From Haloferax volcanii DS2 (GTDB taxonomy: Archaea > Halobacteriota > Halobacteria > Halobacteriales > Haloferacaceae), in assembly GCF_000025685.1 (NCBI RefSeq), contig NC_013968.1:53093-85092 (forward strand): a stretch of 32,000 bases of DNA, written 5' to 3'. The stretch's first letter is position 1; each line of letters starts with the position of its first letter. Positions 8,276-17,241 of this stretch are shown piece by piece. The notes below the pieces were generated by a model. That model saw only the letters and a program-made list of their open reading frames with translations, made no database searches and was not told the origin of the DNA. A program made the position numbers and the translations under genes.

Positions 8276-8410
8276 TTAACCTACAATTGTTGGTCTTTTC
8301 AGGTTACAACGAGACAGCGACGTTCGGCACGTCCGACACTCACCACTATCGAACTCGTCGAGAGAAGTCCAGTTGCATTTCTCCTGAAAAGACCAATTAA
8401 TGTTGGTTAA
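8276..8410. mobile_element. MITE-like 135-bp element with 28-bp imperfect terminal inverted repeats
   Basis: TTAACCTACAATTGTTGGTCTTTTCAGG (8276-8303) matches the reverse complement of 8383-8410 (TTAACCAACATTAATTGGTCTTTTCAGG) at 24 of 28 positions, with a 79-bp core. It has no coding capacity and begins 4 nt upstream of the start codon at 8272. Confidence 0.45.
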
Positions 8411-8544
8411 GACGCCGGGGGACGTCATCGCGGTTATCGAGCAGTCGGGGAAGTCGAAACGACCCCTCCCCAAGCACGATTTCATAGTCCTCGAACTACT
8501 TCACTGGCTTCCGTATTTGCGCTCTGCTTTCGTGTTTGGTAGAA

Positions 8545-9545
8545 CGCTCTTCTGTAGGAGATTGTTGATAGAGTTCAGCTGTTGCTCTGGAATCGAAGAG
8601 GGCAAGGGCACCGCGCTAGCGGTGTCCGACACGAATGATTCCGCTGGATGTGTTTGGCTCGGAATCGCTCGCAGCGGACCTGCTCCAACAGGTTCGCTGG
8701 CGTGACGGCGTCGAATGCCCCCGCTGCCGTTCTGACCGGACGGTCAGAAACGGCAGCTATGGGGCGTTTCAACGCTATCTCTGTAAGAATTGTGACCGCA
8801 CGTTCAACGACAAGACGGGCACAATTTTCGCTCACTCGAAGGTTGCGCTCCGCAAGTGGTTGTTCTCGATTTACGCGTTCTTGCGGTTCAACACGAGTCT
8901 TCGCCAACTTCAGCGAGAGATTGGTGTGACCTACAAGACGATGCATCGTCGCGTCGAGCGCTTCACCAGAGCGCTCGACGCGCCTCGCCTCGACCTCGTT
9001 GGACCAGTCGAAATCGACGAAGTGTACGTCTCTGCCGGGTTGAAAGGCCGCGAGCGCGACTCTTGGTCGCGCTCGCGTGGCCTGTCCACGCGCGGGCGAG
9101 GTTCGTACGAGGGAGACAAACCACCGGTCTTCACCATCGTTGACCGTGGAACGGGACAGCGGTACGCCGTCCCAGCGAAATCCGCTGACGAATCGACCGT
9201 GCGACTCCTGCTGGCTGACCACAAGGAGGAGTCGCTGACCATCTACACTGACGGATTTCGGGCATACGACCCACTTGAGGACGACAACGAATTCACCCGC
9301 GAATACGTCGTCCACGGTGACGGCGAGTACGCTGATGGAGACGTTCACGTCAACAGCTGCGAGAGCCACGCGTCGCTGGCGCGACGGTGGCTCTCGCCGC
9401 ATCGAGGCGTCTCGAAGGACAAGTTGACACAGTATCTTCGCGCCTTCCAGTTACGTAGCGAACTCTTCAGAAAACCCGGTCGAGAAGCACTCAAACACGC
9501 TGTCAAAGCAACTCTCTGAAATCAACAATGTGCTACACATGAGCG
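8545..9545 (+). mobile_element. IS1595-family insertion sequence (1001 bp), apparently intact but with no target duplication
   Basis: Left end CGCTCTTCTGTAGGAGATTGTTGATAG. Right end reverse complement CGCTCATGTGTAGCACATTGTTGATTT. The flanks TGGTAGAA and TTCTTCGT differ. Confidence 0.85.
8635..9519 (+). CDS. IS1595-family transposase (intact)
   Basis: 294 aa. N-terminal zinc finger CPRCRS...CKNCDRTF, a DDE-type core (EIDEVYV ... IYTDGFRAYD ... VHVNSCESHASLARRWL) and the same architecture as the split copy at 6125-7103. Confidence 0.9.
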   Translation: MIPLDVFGSESLAADLLQQVRWRDGVECPRCRSDRTVRNGSYGAFQRYLCKNCDRTFNDKTGTIFAHSKVALRKWLFSIYAFLRFNTSLRQLQREIGVTYKTMHRRVERFTRALDAPRLDLVGPVEIDEVYVSAGLKGRERDSWSRSRGLSTRGRGSYEGDKPPVFTIVDRGTGQRYAVPAKSADESTVRLLLADHKEESLTIYTDGFRAYDPLEDDNEFTREYVVHGDGEYADGDVHVNSCESHASLARRWLSPHRGVSKDKLTQYLRAFQLRSELFRKPGREALKHAVKATL

Positions 9546-9570
9546 TTCTTCGTTAAACTAGAACGGATGG
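9546..9570. repeat. Repeat X, copy B (25 nt, TTCTTCGTTAAACTAGAACGGATGG)
   Basis: Identical to 15-39 and 27986-28010, and directly abuts the right end of the IS1595 element. It is followed by AGACAACTGGA, which resembles the first 14 nt of X. Confidence 0.85.
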
Positions 9571-9648
9571 AGACAACTGGAAGAGGGCAGTAAGCGGTTC
9601 TTGGACCCTTTCGATGAGCTCGCTGCTGCGGTTGACACTGCACTTGAG

Positions 9649-10392
9649 GGCACTGTCTAGTTAAGTCAGTTTGAGAAGCGAGCAGGTCGTTGAGTTAATT
9701 TGGGATGAAGCTCGCAGACCTGCTCAGCGAGTGCTTTGAGACGAATTTAGAAGAAACTTGGGAGCGTAAGCGGACGGCGACACCCGTCAGGGTGTTCGCC
9801 GTCCAGCTCCACGCGACCGGGTGTTCGCTTAGAGAGACAAAAGAAATTCTTCGATTACTCGGCGTTGAACGGTCTCATCAAGCTGTTTGGCAGTGGGTAC
9901 ATCGACTGGCTGACAGCAGTCACAACCCGCCTGAGGCGAAGCCGAAGCGGATTGCAGTCGACGAAACCGCTGTCAAAATCAATGGCGAGTGGTCTTGGTT
10001 GTACGCTGCAATAGACATCGAGACAAAGCTGATTCTCGATGTCGAGTTGTTTGGACGACATGGTACCGATCCGGCTGCTGCGTTTCTCCACTGACTTTCC
10101 GAGAAACACGATCTCTCAGAGGCTGTGTTTCTGGTTGATGGCTACGGCTATCAGACTGCCCTCTCTCGGTTAGGATTGAGCGGTCGGCTTGACTACGTCG
10201 AGCGAAACCTCATCGAAAATGGTTTCACATCCTCAAAATGCGAGTCGACCGCTTCCATAATTCGTGGGTGGGCAGTCACGGAAGCGTCCGCGAGTTGTTC
10301 ATACAATTTGCGCAATACTATAACTTTCAACGACCGCATCAAGCGCTCAACGGACGAACGCCGGTTGAGAAAGTCACTAACTAGACAGTGCC
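9649..10392 (+). mobile_element. IS6-family insertion sequence (744 bp) with an 8-bp target duplication
   Basis: Terminal repeats GGCACTGTCTAGTTA are at both ends. CACTTGAG is duplicated at 9641-9648 and 10393-10400. Confidence 0.9.
9705..10384 (+). pseudogene. IS6-type transposase with an in-frame stop and a frameshift
   Basis: The reading ...DPAAAFLH-TGA-LSEKHDLSEAVFLVDGYGYQTALSRLGLSGRLDYVERNLIE is followed by a frame change. The other frame gives WFHILKMRVDRFHNSWVGSHGSVRELFIQFAQYYNFQRPHQALNGRTPVEKVTN*. Confidence 0.8.
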
Positions 10393-10660
10393 CACTTGAG
10401 TGACATCTCATTTCCAATATGTGTGATTACTTCTGGTAGGGTCTCCAGTCAGAGACAAGCAGACCAAAAGGCTGATGCCTCTCGACGTCACGGTATCCAA
10501 ATATCACAGGACTGGTTGAGCTACGTTTCTCAATAAGACCTGACAAAGAACATCTGCTCAGAGACTCCGCTTTCTGACTGGTAAGATTGGATTCCGGGCT
10601 TCAATCCCCTCTATGACCAGTGTGTCTATCCGAGGCATTCGCAGTCGGTCGTAGAGGACA

Positions 10661-11896
10661 TCACGAGCGGGGTTCGGTTATCATGGGGAGGTCGTACTCT
10701 GGGTCCTCTAGGTCGAAGCGGTCAATGGCGAACCGGTCCAGTGAGAACTCTGTCTCTGTCCCAGTCAAAATCGACTGCACTGCAACGGCGATGACAGGTG
10801 CTAGTGACACAGCACCACGACTGCCGTCAGCGACAACCAACCCGTCAACATCGCCGACTTCGTCAATGACGGGTACTTGATCCGGCGTGATGGTGATTCC
10901 CTCCGGGCAGTGGTGTTCACCGCCGTCGACGTACTCCAGTCCGCCGTCGAATCCTGTAAAGAGTTGTGGGAGGAGTTCAGCGACTTTCTCTTGTGCCTCC
11001 TTTGGGAAGTCCCGGGGAATGCTGTCGAGATCCTCAATCCAATACTCGTCACCGACTAGGAGATCGCCGTCGGCGTTCGGCCCAATAAGCGTCCCGCGGC
11101 CGGACGTCGTCGGTACCGACCCGCTGAACGCTGGGTCGCCCCGGACCGCGGCCGCGCAAATGACGAACGGCTGGACGGGAAGATCAGTGAACTCCGCGAC
11201 CAGCGACTCAGTGTGCGTACCAGCCGCGACGACGACGCTGTCACACTGAACGAGATCGCCGGGAGCCATCGTCACGCCGGTGACGCTGCCAGTTTCCGTC
11301 TCGATTCCCGTAACCTCCGTCCCGAACTCGAATTCCGCACCCTTTCGCTCGGCGCGTTCTTTCATCGCCCTGAGATACGGGCGCGGCTTGACGTAGCCCG
11401 CCTCGGTGTCGACGATGCCGCCGACGAAGCCTTCGAGGTTTAATACGTCCGGATATGACTCAGCGAGTTCGTCGACATCGAAGTACTCGATTCCGGGGAT
11501 CTTCTTGACATTCTTACGCATCTTTCGTGTTTCAGGACTGCCAGCCTCATCCTCGTCGACCAGACTGATAAATGGTTGAGCGTGGAACTCGAAATCACCT
11601 GTCGCCGACAACTCCTCGAAATAGTCACGGACTTTCACTGCTACGCCTGGAATATGCTCACCTTCAAGGAAGAACCACCAATCCGAGATAAATGCGCTTG
11701 CGTTCGCCGACGCGCTCTCTTCGAGTTTACCTTTCTCCAGCACCAGAACGTCGTAGTCGTCTGCGAGATGGTCGGCAGTGCTGCATCCGATGGAACCCGC
11801 TCCTATGACGACAACGTCGTAGCTGTTTGCCTGCGGCATACGTTGAGTCATCAGTTGATGAATTTTATTTCTATTGATAGTGGCATTTCCTGCCAC
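10661..11896 (-). CDS. FAD-dependent oxidoreductase (DAO family; sarcosine/opine-oxidase-beta-like)
   Basis: N-terminal dinucleotide fold YDVVVIGAGSIGCSTADHLA...VLVLEKG, with a length and layout typical of glycine/D-amino-acid-oxidase-type flavoenzymes. The start may be the internal ATG at 11851 or 11839. Confidence 0.8.
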   Translation of the reverse strand: MAGNATINRNKIHQLMTQRMPQANSYDVVVIGAGSIGCSTADHLADDYDVLVLEKGKLEESASANASAFISDWWFFLEGEHIPGVAVKVRDYFEELSATGDFEFHAQPFISLVDEDEAGSPETRKMRKNVKKIPGIEYFDVDELAESYPDVLNLEGFVGGIVDTEAGYVKPRPYLRAMKERAERKGAEFEFGTEVTGIETETGSVTGVTMAPGDLVQCDSVVVAAGTHTESLVAEFTDLPVQPFVICAAAVRGDPAFSGSVPTTSGRGTLIGPNADGDLLVGDEYWIEDLDSIPRDFPKEAQEKVAELLPQLFTGFDGGLEYVDGGEHHCPEGITITPDQVPVIDEVGDVDGLVVADGSRGAVSLAPVIAVAVQSILTGTETEFSLDRFAIDRFDLEDPEYDLPMITEPRS

Positions 11897-12183
11897 CCAA
11901 GTACGGACATGCGCTCCACCTGTGAGTGTTTGTAGTACACAAATCTTACCAAGGATACTATCTGATACAGTCCAGGAATCAGTTGGGACAACTGGGCAGT
12001 GGATGGGTTTGGGAATCCGATTAGGTCTGTACTACCAGTACTTCACACTCGGTGATGGGATAGAAGCATTATTACCGCAGTATTGTAATTCCCTGTTTGA
12101 GATTTACAAGCACTTCTGTTGATCCCACTCAGATGTCGGGAAACAGTTGAGCAGAACTGTCGACACAGTAGTGCTGAAGCTGC

Positions 12184-13114
12184 TGCTCTGTTGAATAGCG
12201 ATCTATTCAGCCGATATCACAGGTTTAGAAGGATGAAGCCGAGGAATTCGATTCTTGCCTATGGAAATCGATCTCCTCGACTTCGTTGAGCAGTGTCGTC
12301 ACCTAGCTAAACAAGCGTTGGGGAAGCACGCGGGCGAGCCCGCCAGCGGCGGGTTCGCCCGCTGGGTCCACGTCGTTCTGCACTGCTTTCGGCTCGAAGA
12401 AGGCCACAGCTACCGTGAAACGCCGAATCGGCTGAAGTATATCGCCGAGGTTCGTGACGCACTCGGTTTAGATCGGGACGAGCTGCCGGACTACAGCACG
12501 ATCTACAAATCGTTCGACCGGCTGAAAATGTGGGTCTGGCGGGCGCTGCTGCGCGTTTCTGCGCAGCAGCACCCGCAGTCTGGCCACGCCGCTCTCGACA
12601 GCACGTTCTTCGACCGTCGCCGTGCGTCGTCGTACTTCCGCCAGCGGTCGGGAAGCACCGTACAGACGCTGAAAGTGACGACATTAACTGATGTGGAGTC
12701 GCTTGCGGTTCTTGACGTTCACATCACAGCACGGTGGAAGCATGATACGAAGACCGGACCGCAGGTCGTCCGCCGAAACGCGGACGACCTGCAGTCGGTC
12801 GCCGCCGACAACGGCTTCCAAGACTGGCACACCGAGTACGAGATCGCTGCATATGACGTTGAGTACCTCGTTCACTACCGTGGATCATCACCGAAAGCAG
12901 CTCTGAACAACGCGCTCAACCGGGCAAACGGCTACTCACAGCGCTGGATGGCCGAAACCTCGTACTCGACAGCCAAGCGCTCGCTCGGCGACGCCGTGCG
13001 AGCGCTCGGCTGGTATCGGCAGTTCCGTGAAATTGTCTTGATGTTCGCCATCATCAACATAGAATCGCTGTGTGAGCCGCTGTAACCGTGATTCAGCATC
13101 TATTCAACAGAGCA
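12184..13114 (+). mobile_element. IS5-like (ISH1-type?) insertion sequence (931 bp) with an 8-bp target duplication
   Basis: Perfect 15-bp terminal repeats TGCTCTGTTGAATAG. GAAGCTGC is duplicated at 12176-12183 and 13115-13122. The family assignment is from memory of transposase style only. Confidence 0.75.
12261..13085 (+). CDS. DDE transposase of the IS5-like element
   Basis: The ORF fills the element. It shows motifs such as LDSTFF, VAADNGFQDW and RWMAETSYSTAKRSLGDAVRA. ATG at 12261; the track starts at the TTG at 12255. Confidence 0.8.
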   Translation: MEIDLLDFVEQCRHLAKQALGKHAGEPASGGFARWVHVVLHCFRLEEGHSYRETPNRLKYIAEVRDALGLDRDELPDYSTIYKSFDRLKMWVWRALLRVSAQQHPQSGHAALDSTFFDRRRASSYFRQRSGSTVQTLKVTTLTDVESLAVLDVHITARWKHDTKTGPQVVRRNADDLQSVAADNGFQDWHTEYEIAAYDVEYLVHYRGSSPKAALNNALNRANGYSQRWMAETSYSTAKRSLGDAVRALGWYRQFREIVLMFAIINIESLCEPL

Positions 13115-13306
13115 GAAGCTGCTGCTCTTATCGCATTCATGTCAAACTCTATTAATATGGGCTCCAGTTCATTTCGGAGTTTGGCCGAAAGAGGTGTCCA
13201 TCAAAGAATCGCTGAGCGCCGCCGGCTTGCTCGGGGCAGTAATTGAGTTGCGGCCAGTTCAGAGATGGAGAGACGTGGAGCCGATTCGCGCTGTCAGTTC
13301 TAGGTT

Positions 13307-14281
13307 TCAGACTACGGCGATGGGTTCACCACGTGTGTCGCTTCGACGGATGGCGTCGACTAGTTCCATGTTCTGGGTAGCGCGCGTCAAGTCCGTCCGG
13401 GGCGTCGTGCCCTGGTCAAAACAGCGCGCAAAGTGGAGGACTTCCTTCTCATAATGGTCGACTGGGTCGAACGTCTCTGTCAGCGAATTACCGTCGATCT
13501 CACCCCGAATCGTTGCCCCGACATCCTTTGGCGTGTCGAAGGCGTCTCTGACTTCGATCCAACCATTCGCCGCTTCGACGCGGTAGAACTGGGTGAGTGG
13601 CGACTCGAAACTGGACGAGAGCTGTGCCGTCGCGCCCGAGTCGTACTCGAAGATGGCCTTCATGTTCGTGTCCGTCCCGCAGCCGCGGGCGTCAACAAGC
13701 GTTCCGTAGATCGATTGGGGTGTCCCGAGCATGGAGCGCACGAGGTCGACAGGATAATAGCCGATGTCCATCAGACTCCCACCCGCCAAGTCGCCGTCGA
13801 GACGGATGTCGTCTGTTCGGTTGAGGTGGAAGGAGAATCGCGCGGTGACGGAACTAATCTCCGACAGGTACTCACTGACCAGTTCGAGCGCACGTTCGGT
13901 CCGCGGATGGTAGGCGTACATCAGTCCCTCCATGACGAGACAGTCGGTGCCTTTCACGTAGGAGCGGAGGTTGTGGGCCTCGTCGGTATCCGCGGTCAGC
14001 GGCTTTTCACAGAGGACGTGTCGACCATTGTTGACGGCCTGTTTCGTCCACTCGGCGTGGAGACCGTTCGGTAGGGGGTTGTAGACGGCGTCGACGTCGC
14101 TGTCGGACAGCAGCGACTCGTAGGACTCGTAGACCTCCCTGATGTCACACTTTTCGGCCACCTGCCGCGCCCGAGAGGAGTTCCGAGAGGAGATGGCAGT
14201 GACTTCGTGGTCCGTACGTTTGATTCCGGGAATCACGTGTTTGACGCCGATATTCGCCGTGCTCAAGATTCCAAACTTCAT
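13307..14281 (-). CDS. Gfo/Idh/MocA-family NAD(P)-dependent oxidoreductase
   Basis: MKFGILSTANIGVKHVIPGI... is an N-terminal Rossmann fold, and VLCEKPL is the family motif. The ATG at 14281 is preferred; the upstream extension to 14335 runs toward the IS junction. Confidence 0.85.
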   Translation of the reverse strand: MKFGILSTANIGVKHVIPGIKRTDHEVTAISSRNSSRARQVAEKCDIREVYESYESLLSDSDVDAVYNPLPNGLHAEWTKQAVNNGRHVLCEKPLTADTDEAHNLRSYVKGTDCLVMEGLMYAYHPRTERALELVSEYLSEISSVTARFSFHLNRTDDIRLDGDLAGGSLMDIGYYPVDLVRSMLGTPQSIYGTLVDARGCGTDTNMKAIFEYDSGATAQLSSSFESPLTQFYRVEAANGWIEVRDAFDTPKDVGATIRGEIDGNSLTETFDPVDHYEKEVLHFARCFDQGTTPRTDLTRATQNMELVDAIRRSDTRGEPIAVV

Positions 14282-14355
14282 ATGTGAAGGGTGACAGGTG
14301 AGAAACTTAGGCGTACCGGTTCGCCAGTGTATCACATGCTAGCATCTGTGTTCGG

Positions 14356-15654
14356 TTAAGCTCTAACCTCCGTTCTGAATGCTTCAGCTACTCGTTCGCT
14401 GAGTAAGAGGCGTGATTTCTCTGGTTGGCGTGCGTTGCAAAACATGAGCTCAGCCAAGTTCGGCGGTGGATGTCCGAACGACTGGGCTAGATCTTCGAGG
14501 ATGAGCTGGGCGAAAGACCGGAAGGTCTTCGCCCAGCGTTCTCGTGGAAACATCGTTTCTGGGTGCATCCTCTGAAAGACGCCAAGCAAGGCTCTGCTGA
14601 CCGTGAGCGTCAGCAGAGCCGCTACCACCAGCAACTCCACGATTGCTGGATTGCTTGTCTGGAACTTCTCCAGCCCGTACATCGATTTCAGCTCACGGAA
14701 CAGCACTTCTACTTCCCACCGTACACCGTACAACGCTGCGACTTGTTCCGGCGTGAACTCATCTGGGAGGTTCGTGATGTACAGGTGATAGTCGTCGGTG
14801 TCCTCGTTGCGGACACCGACGACGCGGAACTCCATCGTCGCACTCGAATGCTTCTCACCGTACGGACGCCGTTTGAAGCTCACCTCGGCGGTTACATCGA
14901 TAATCTCGCGTGTAAGACCACCGAGAACATCCTGAAGACGACGGTCTGGTAAGGAAATGGCGCGCCCGCGCCATTTCCGACGTGCCTCTGTGATTCGTGG
15001 GTTTGCGTTCGTCTTCAGTCGACTCAAAAAGAAGCCGCCGTTCTCCTCGATGAGTGCGAACCGACGATAGCTGTAGAAGCCGAGATCGAACAGCAACAAC
15101 CGCCCTCGCAGCCAGTTCCCCGTGCGGAACTGGCTGCTCTCGTGGCTTCGTTCGTCGGTGAGTTCGAACCGCTCGATCGTCTGTTTCGTGAGGTTGTGGA
15201 CGAGATGAAGTTTCGCGCCTGATTGGTCAGGATGCGTCGCTGGAAACTCGCTCAGGAGCCGATGCAACCGGAAAACGGTTGCATCGGCAATCATCACATC
15301 GCGGAACTGCTGGAGCTGCGGGGCGAGTGTGTGTGGCACTGCGACCTCCTCGAGCATGCTCTCGAGGAGGTCGCTGAGTAACTGTCCGAGTGCGGGTGTG
15401 AACCGATCGTAGAAGCTGGAACGGGAGAGCGTCTGATTGGTCGCTGCGGCGTACGCACGTTGAAACCCCGCGATCGTGCGAGATTCGCCGCCGACGGCGA
15501 ATCCCAAGATGAGCGTCCAAACGAGGGCAGTAACATCGATTCGACGGTGGCGTTGGACGACATCGCGCTCGCGCGCGATGTCTTCGATAAGCTCTCCTGG
15601 AAAGAGCGAAGTGAGCCGCCGTTGAATAAGGTCTGGGGAGAGTTCCTTCAGCAC
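14356..15654 (-). CDS. IS4-family DDE transposase
   Basis: 432-aa intact ORF filling the element (DATVFRL..., LLLFDLGFYSY..., YGVRWEVEVLFRELKS). Confidence 0.9.
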   Translation of the reverse strand: MLKELSPDLIQRRLTSLFPGELIEDIARERDVVQRHRRIDVTALVWTLILGFAVGGESRTIAGFQRAYAAATNQTLSRSSFYDRFTPALGQLLSDLLESMLEEVAVPHTLAPQLQQFRDVMIADATVFRLHRLLSEFPATHPDQSGAKLHLVHNLTKQTIERFELTDERSHESSQFRTGNWLRGRLLLFDLGFYSYRRFALIEENGGFFLSRLKTNANPRITEARRKWRGRAISLPDRRLQDVLGGLTREIIDVTAEVSFKRRPYGEKHSSATMEFRVVGVRNEDTDDYHLYITNLPDEFTPEQVAALYGVRWEVEVLFRELKSMYGLEKFQTSNPAIVELLVVAALLTLTVSRALLGVFQRMHPETMFPRERWAKTFRSFAQLILEDLAQSFGHPPPNLAELMFCNARQPEKSRLLLSERVAEAFRTEVRA

Positions 15655-15732
15655 AACCTCTCCCCACGCGTTCTACACCGATAATTTCGTCAACAGAGCG
15701 CAGTCTCTCGATTTTGCTTCTTAACCGAACAC

Positions 15733-17130
15733 CAGTACCTCACAAAGCATCCTCGGCTAGCTGTTTCTGAAGCCTGAGTTCTGTGGCGGAGCGGTTGGAC
15801 TGGCGGTTTCGACGAGAGAATCATGGACGGATCGGCGGAGAGCCGTCGCTGTCGGCGGCGGCTGCCGCCGACGCGACAGCGTCGCCACTCCCACCGTTGG
15901 CTAGCCCGGTCGGGAGTTACCGGTGGAACCGGTCGTCTGGTGGTCGGTTCGCGGGGACGGCCCGACGCACCGCGAGGGCCGTCCACGCTGCTCGACGGAC
16001 CATATTGATGAACTCCTTGAACGACCACTCCCAGAGGCGACGCCCCCCACGGCGGGGCGTCGCCACGTATTCCCAGTGCAAATACCGCCAGACGTTCTGT
16101 AACAGCAGGCTCACCACGACGTACAACAGCCGTACGACCGGATTTTGTGTCGAGGTCGTCGCGATACTTTGCTCGGAGAGTCGATAGCTTGCCTCGATAC
16201 CGAAGCGTTTCGCGTAGTGGTATCGAGCGTCCCGTGGTGAGTCGATGAACGGCGCGTCAGCGGCGTAGCCGTGACGCGCCACCCCATGTTCGTCGTACCG
16301 TCCGTTTTGGTAGGTACAGTCGATGTAGACGGGAAACTCGACGGTCCAGCTGTGACCGTCGAGTTTCGCTGTCAGACTGTGCTGAATCACGCGACTCCAT
16401 CCTTCTGAGAGTTCTCGCTTGATCGTCCGTCCCCAGCGGACGATCGGCATGACGTACGCGTGGTTGTGCGCCTGAAGCAGCGTCAAACACTTGCTGTCGT
16501 AGAATTCGCGGTCAAGATAGACGGCCTTGACACCGAGGTCAAGGCCGTCGAGAATACCGAGGAACTCTGCGAGGACACTGCTGGCGGTGTCGCCGTCTTC
16601 GAGACGGCGCACCGCCAGCGTGTAGCGTTTGTTCTTCACACGCGCGTAGAGTGTCGCGTACGCGTGGAACGCGGTGGTTCCACGCTTCGCTTGTGAGTGA
16701 TACAGGCCGTCCGTGTCGTCTTCGTCACCATAGTAGGGCCGCAGGTGGAGGTCTGCGCAGACCTCCACCTGCTGGGGAAGGACGTCGAGAACGTCTTTCT
16801 GGAGGAGCATGTTGCCAACCTGTTCGAGCGTTTCTAGATCGAATTTAGTGCGGAGATGGTAGAGAACGGAGTTTTCGTGGGGTGCATCTTCGCTTCTCTC
16901 ACAGAGCGTTGAGACTGAGGTCCCGTCGGCGCACGCGCCGACGAGGACCTCGTAGATGTCTTCTGCATCGAGTTCAGCGTTTTCAGCGAGTGAGAGAGCA
17001 ACTTCCTCGTCAAGAGAGTTGACGAGGAAGTTAAGGAGCTGGTCCTCGTGGATTTCATCGTCTGTTTGCTGGTTGTTGGACACATCTTCAGCAAGCAGAC
17101 GTCTCAACTAACCGGCTTTGTGATGTACTG
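15733..17130 (-). mobile_element. ISH3-family insertion sequence (1398 bp) with a 5-bp target duplication
   Basis: Terminal repeats CAGTAC(C/A)TCACAAAGC. AACAC is duplicated at 15728-15732 and 17131-17135. Confidence 0.9.
15917..17107 (-). CDS. ISH3-family transposase
   Basis: 396-aa ORF filling the element. The apparent start is a TTG at 17107, with no early ATG. Confidence 0.85.
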   Translation of the reverse strand: MRRLLAEDVSNNQQTDDEIHEDQLLNFLVNSLDEEVALSLAENAELDAEDIYEVLVGACADGTSVSTLCERSEDAPHENSVLYHLRTKFDLETLEQVGNMLLQKDVLDVLPQQVEVCADLHLRPYYGDEDDTDGLYHSQAKRGTTAFHAYATLYARVKNKRYTLAVRRLEDGDTASSVLAEFLGILDGLDLGVKAVYLDREFYDSKCLTLLQAHNHAYVMPIVRWGRTIKRELSEGWSRVIQHSLTAKLDGHSWTVEFPVYIDCTYQNGRYDEHGVARHGYAADAPFIDSPRDARYHYAKRFGIEASYRLSEQSIATTSTQNPVVRLLYVVVSLLLQNVWRYLHWEYVATPRRGGRRLWEWSFKEFINMVRRAAWTALAVRRAVPANRPPDDRFHR

Positions 17131-17241
17131 AACACGGATGCACATGCTAGCTGAGGGTGGTTGACCTCGATAGGTCCGTCAAAAACAAGCGTACGCGAAA
17201 AAGCGTTCGAGGAGCGAGACGACGGGTAAGACGACCCCTGT

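Larger units (their letters stand above)
14342..17141 (-). mobile_element. IS4-family (ISH8-like) element, ~1397 bp, whose right terminal repeat is interrupted by an ISH3 insertion
   Basis: Left end GCATCTGTGTTCGGTTAAG (14342-14360). The right end is split as CTTAACCGAACAC (15720-15732) and GGATGC (17136-17141). Once joined it matches the left end at 18 of 19 positions. ACATGCTA is duplicated at 14334-14341 and 17142-17149. Confidence 0.85.

Noticed and set aside
8575-9402. 275-aa ORF antisense to the IS1595 transposase
   Set aside because: The plus-strand ORF has clear transposase motifs (zinc finger, DDE-type core). The antisense frame is Arg/Val-rich with no motif.
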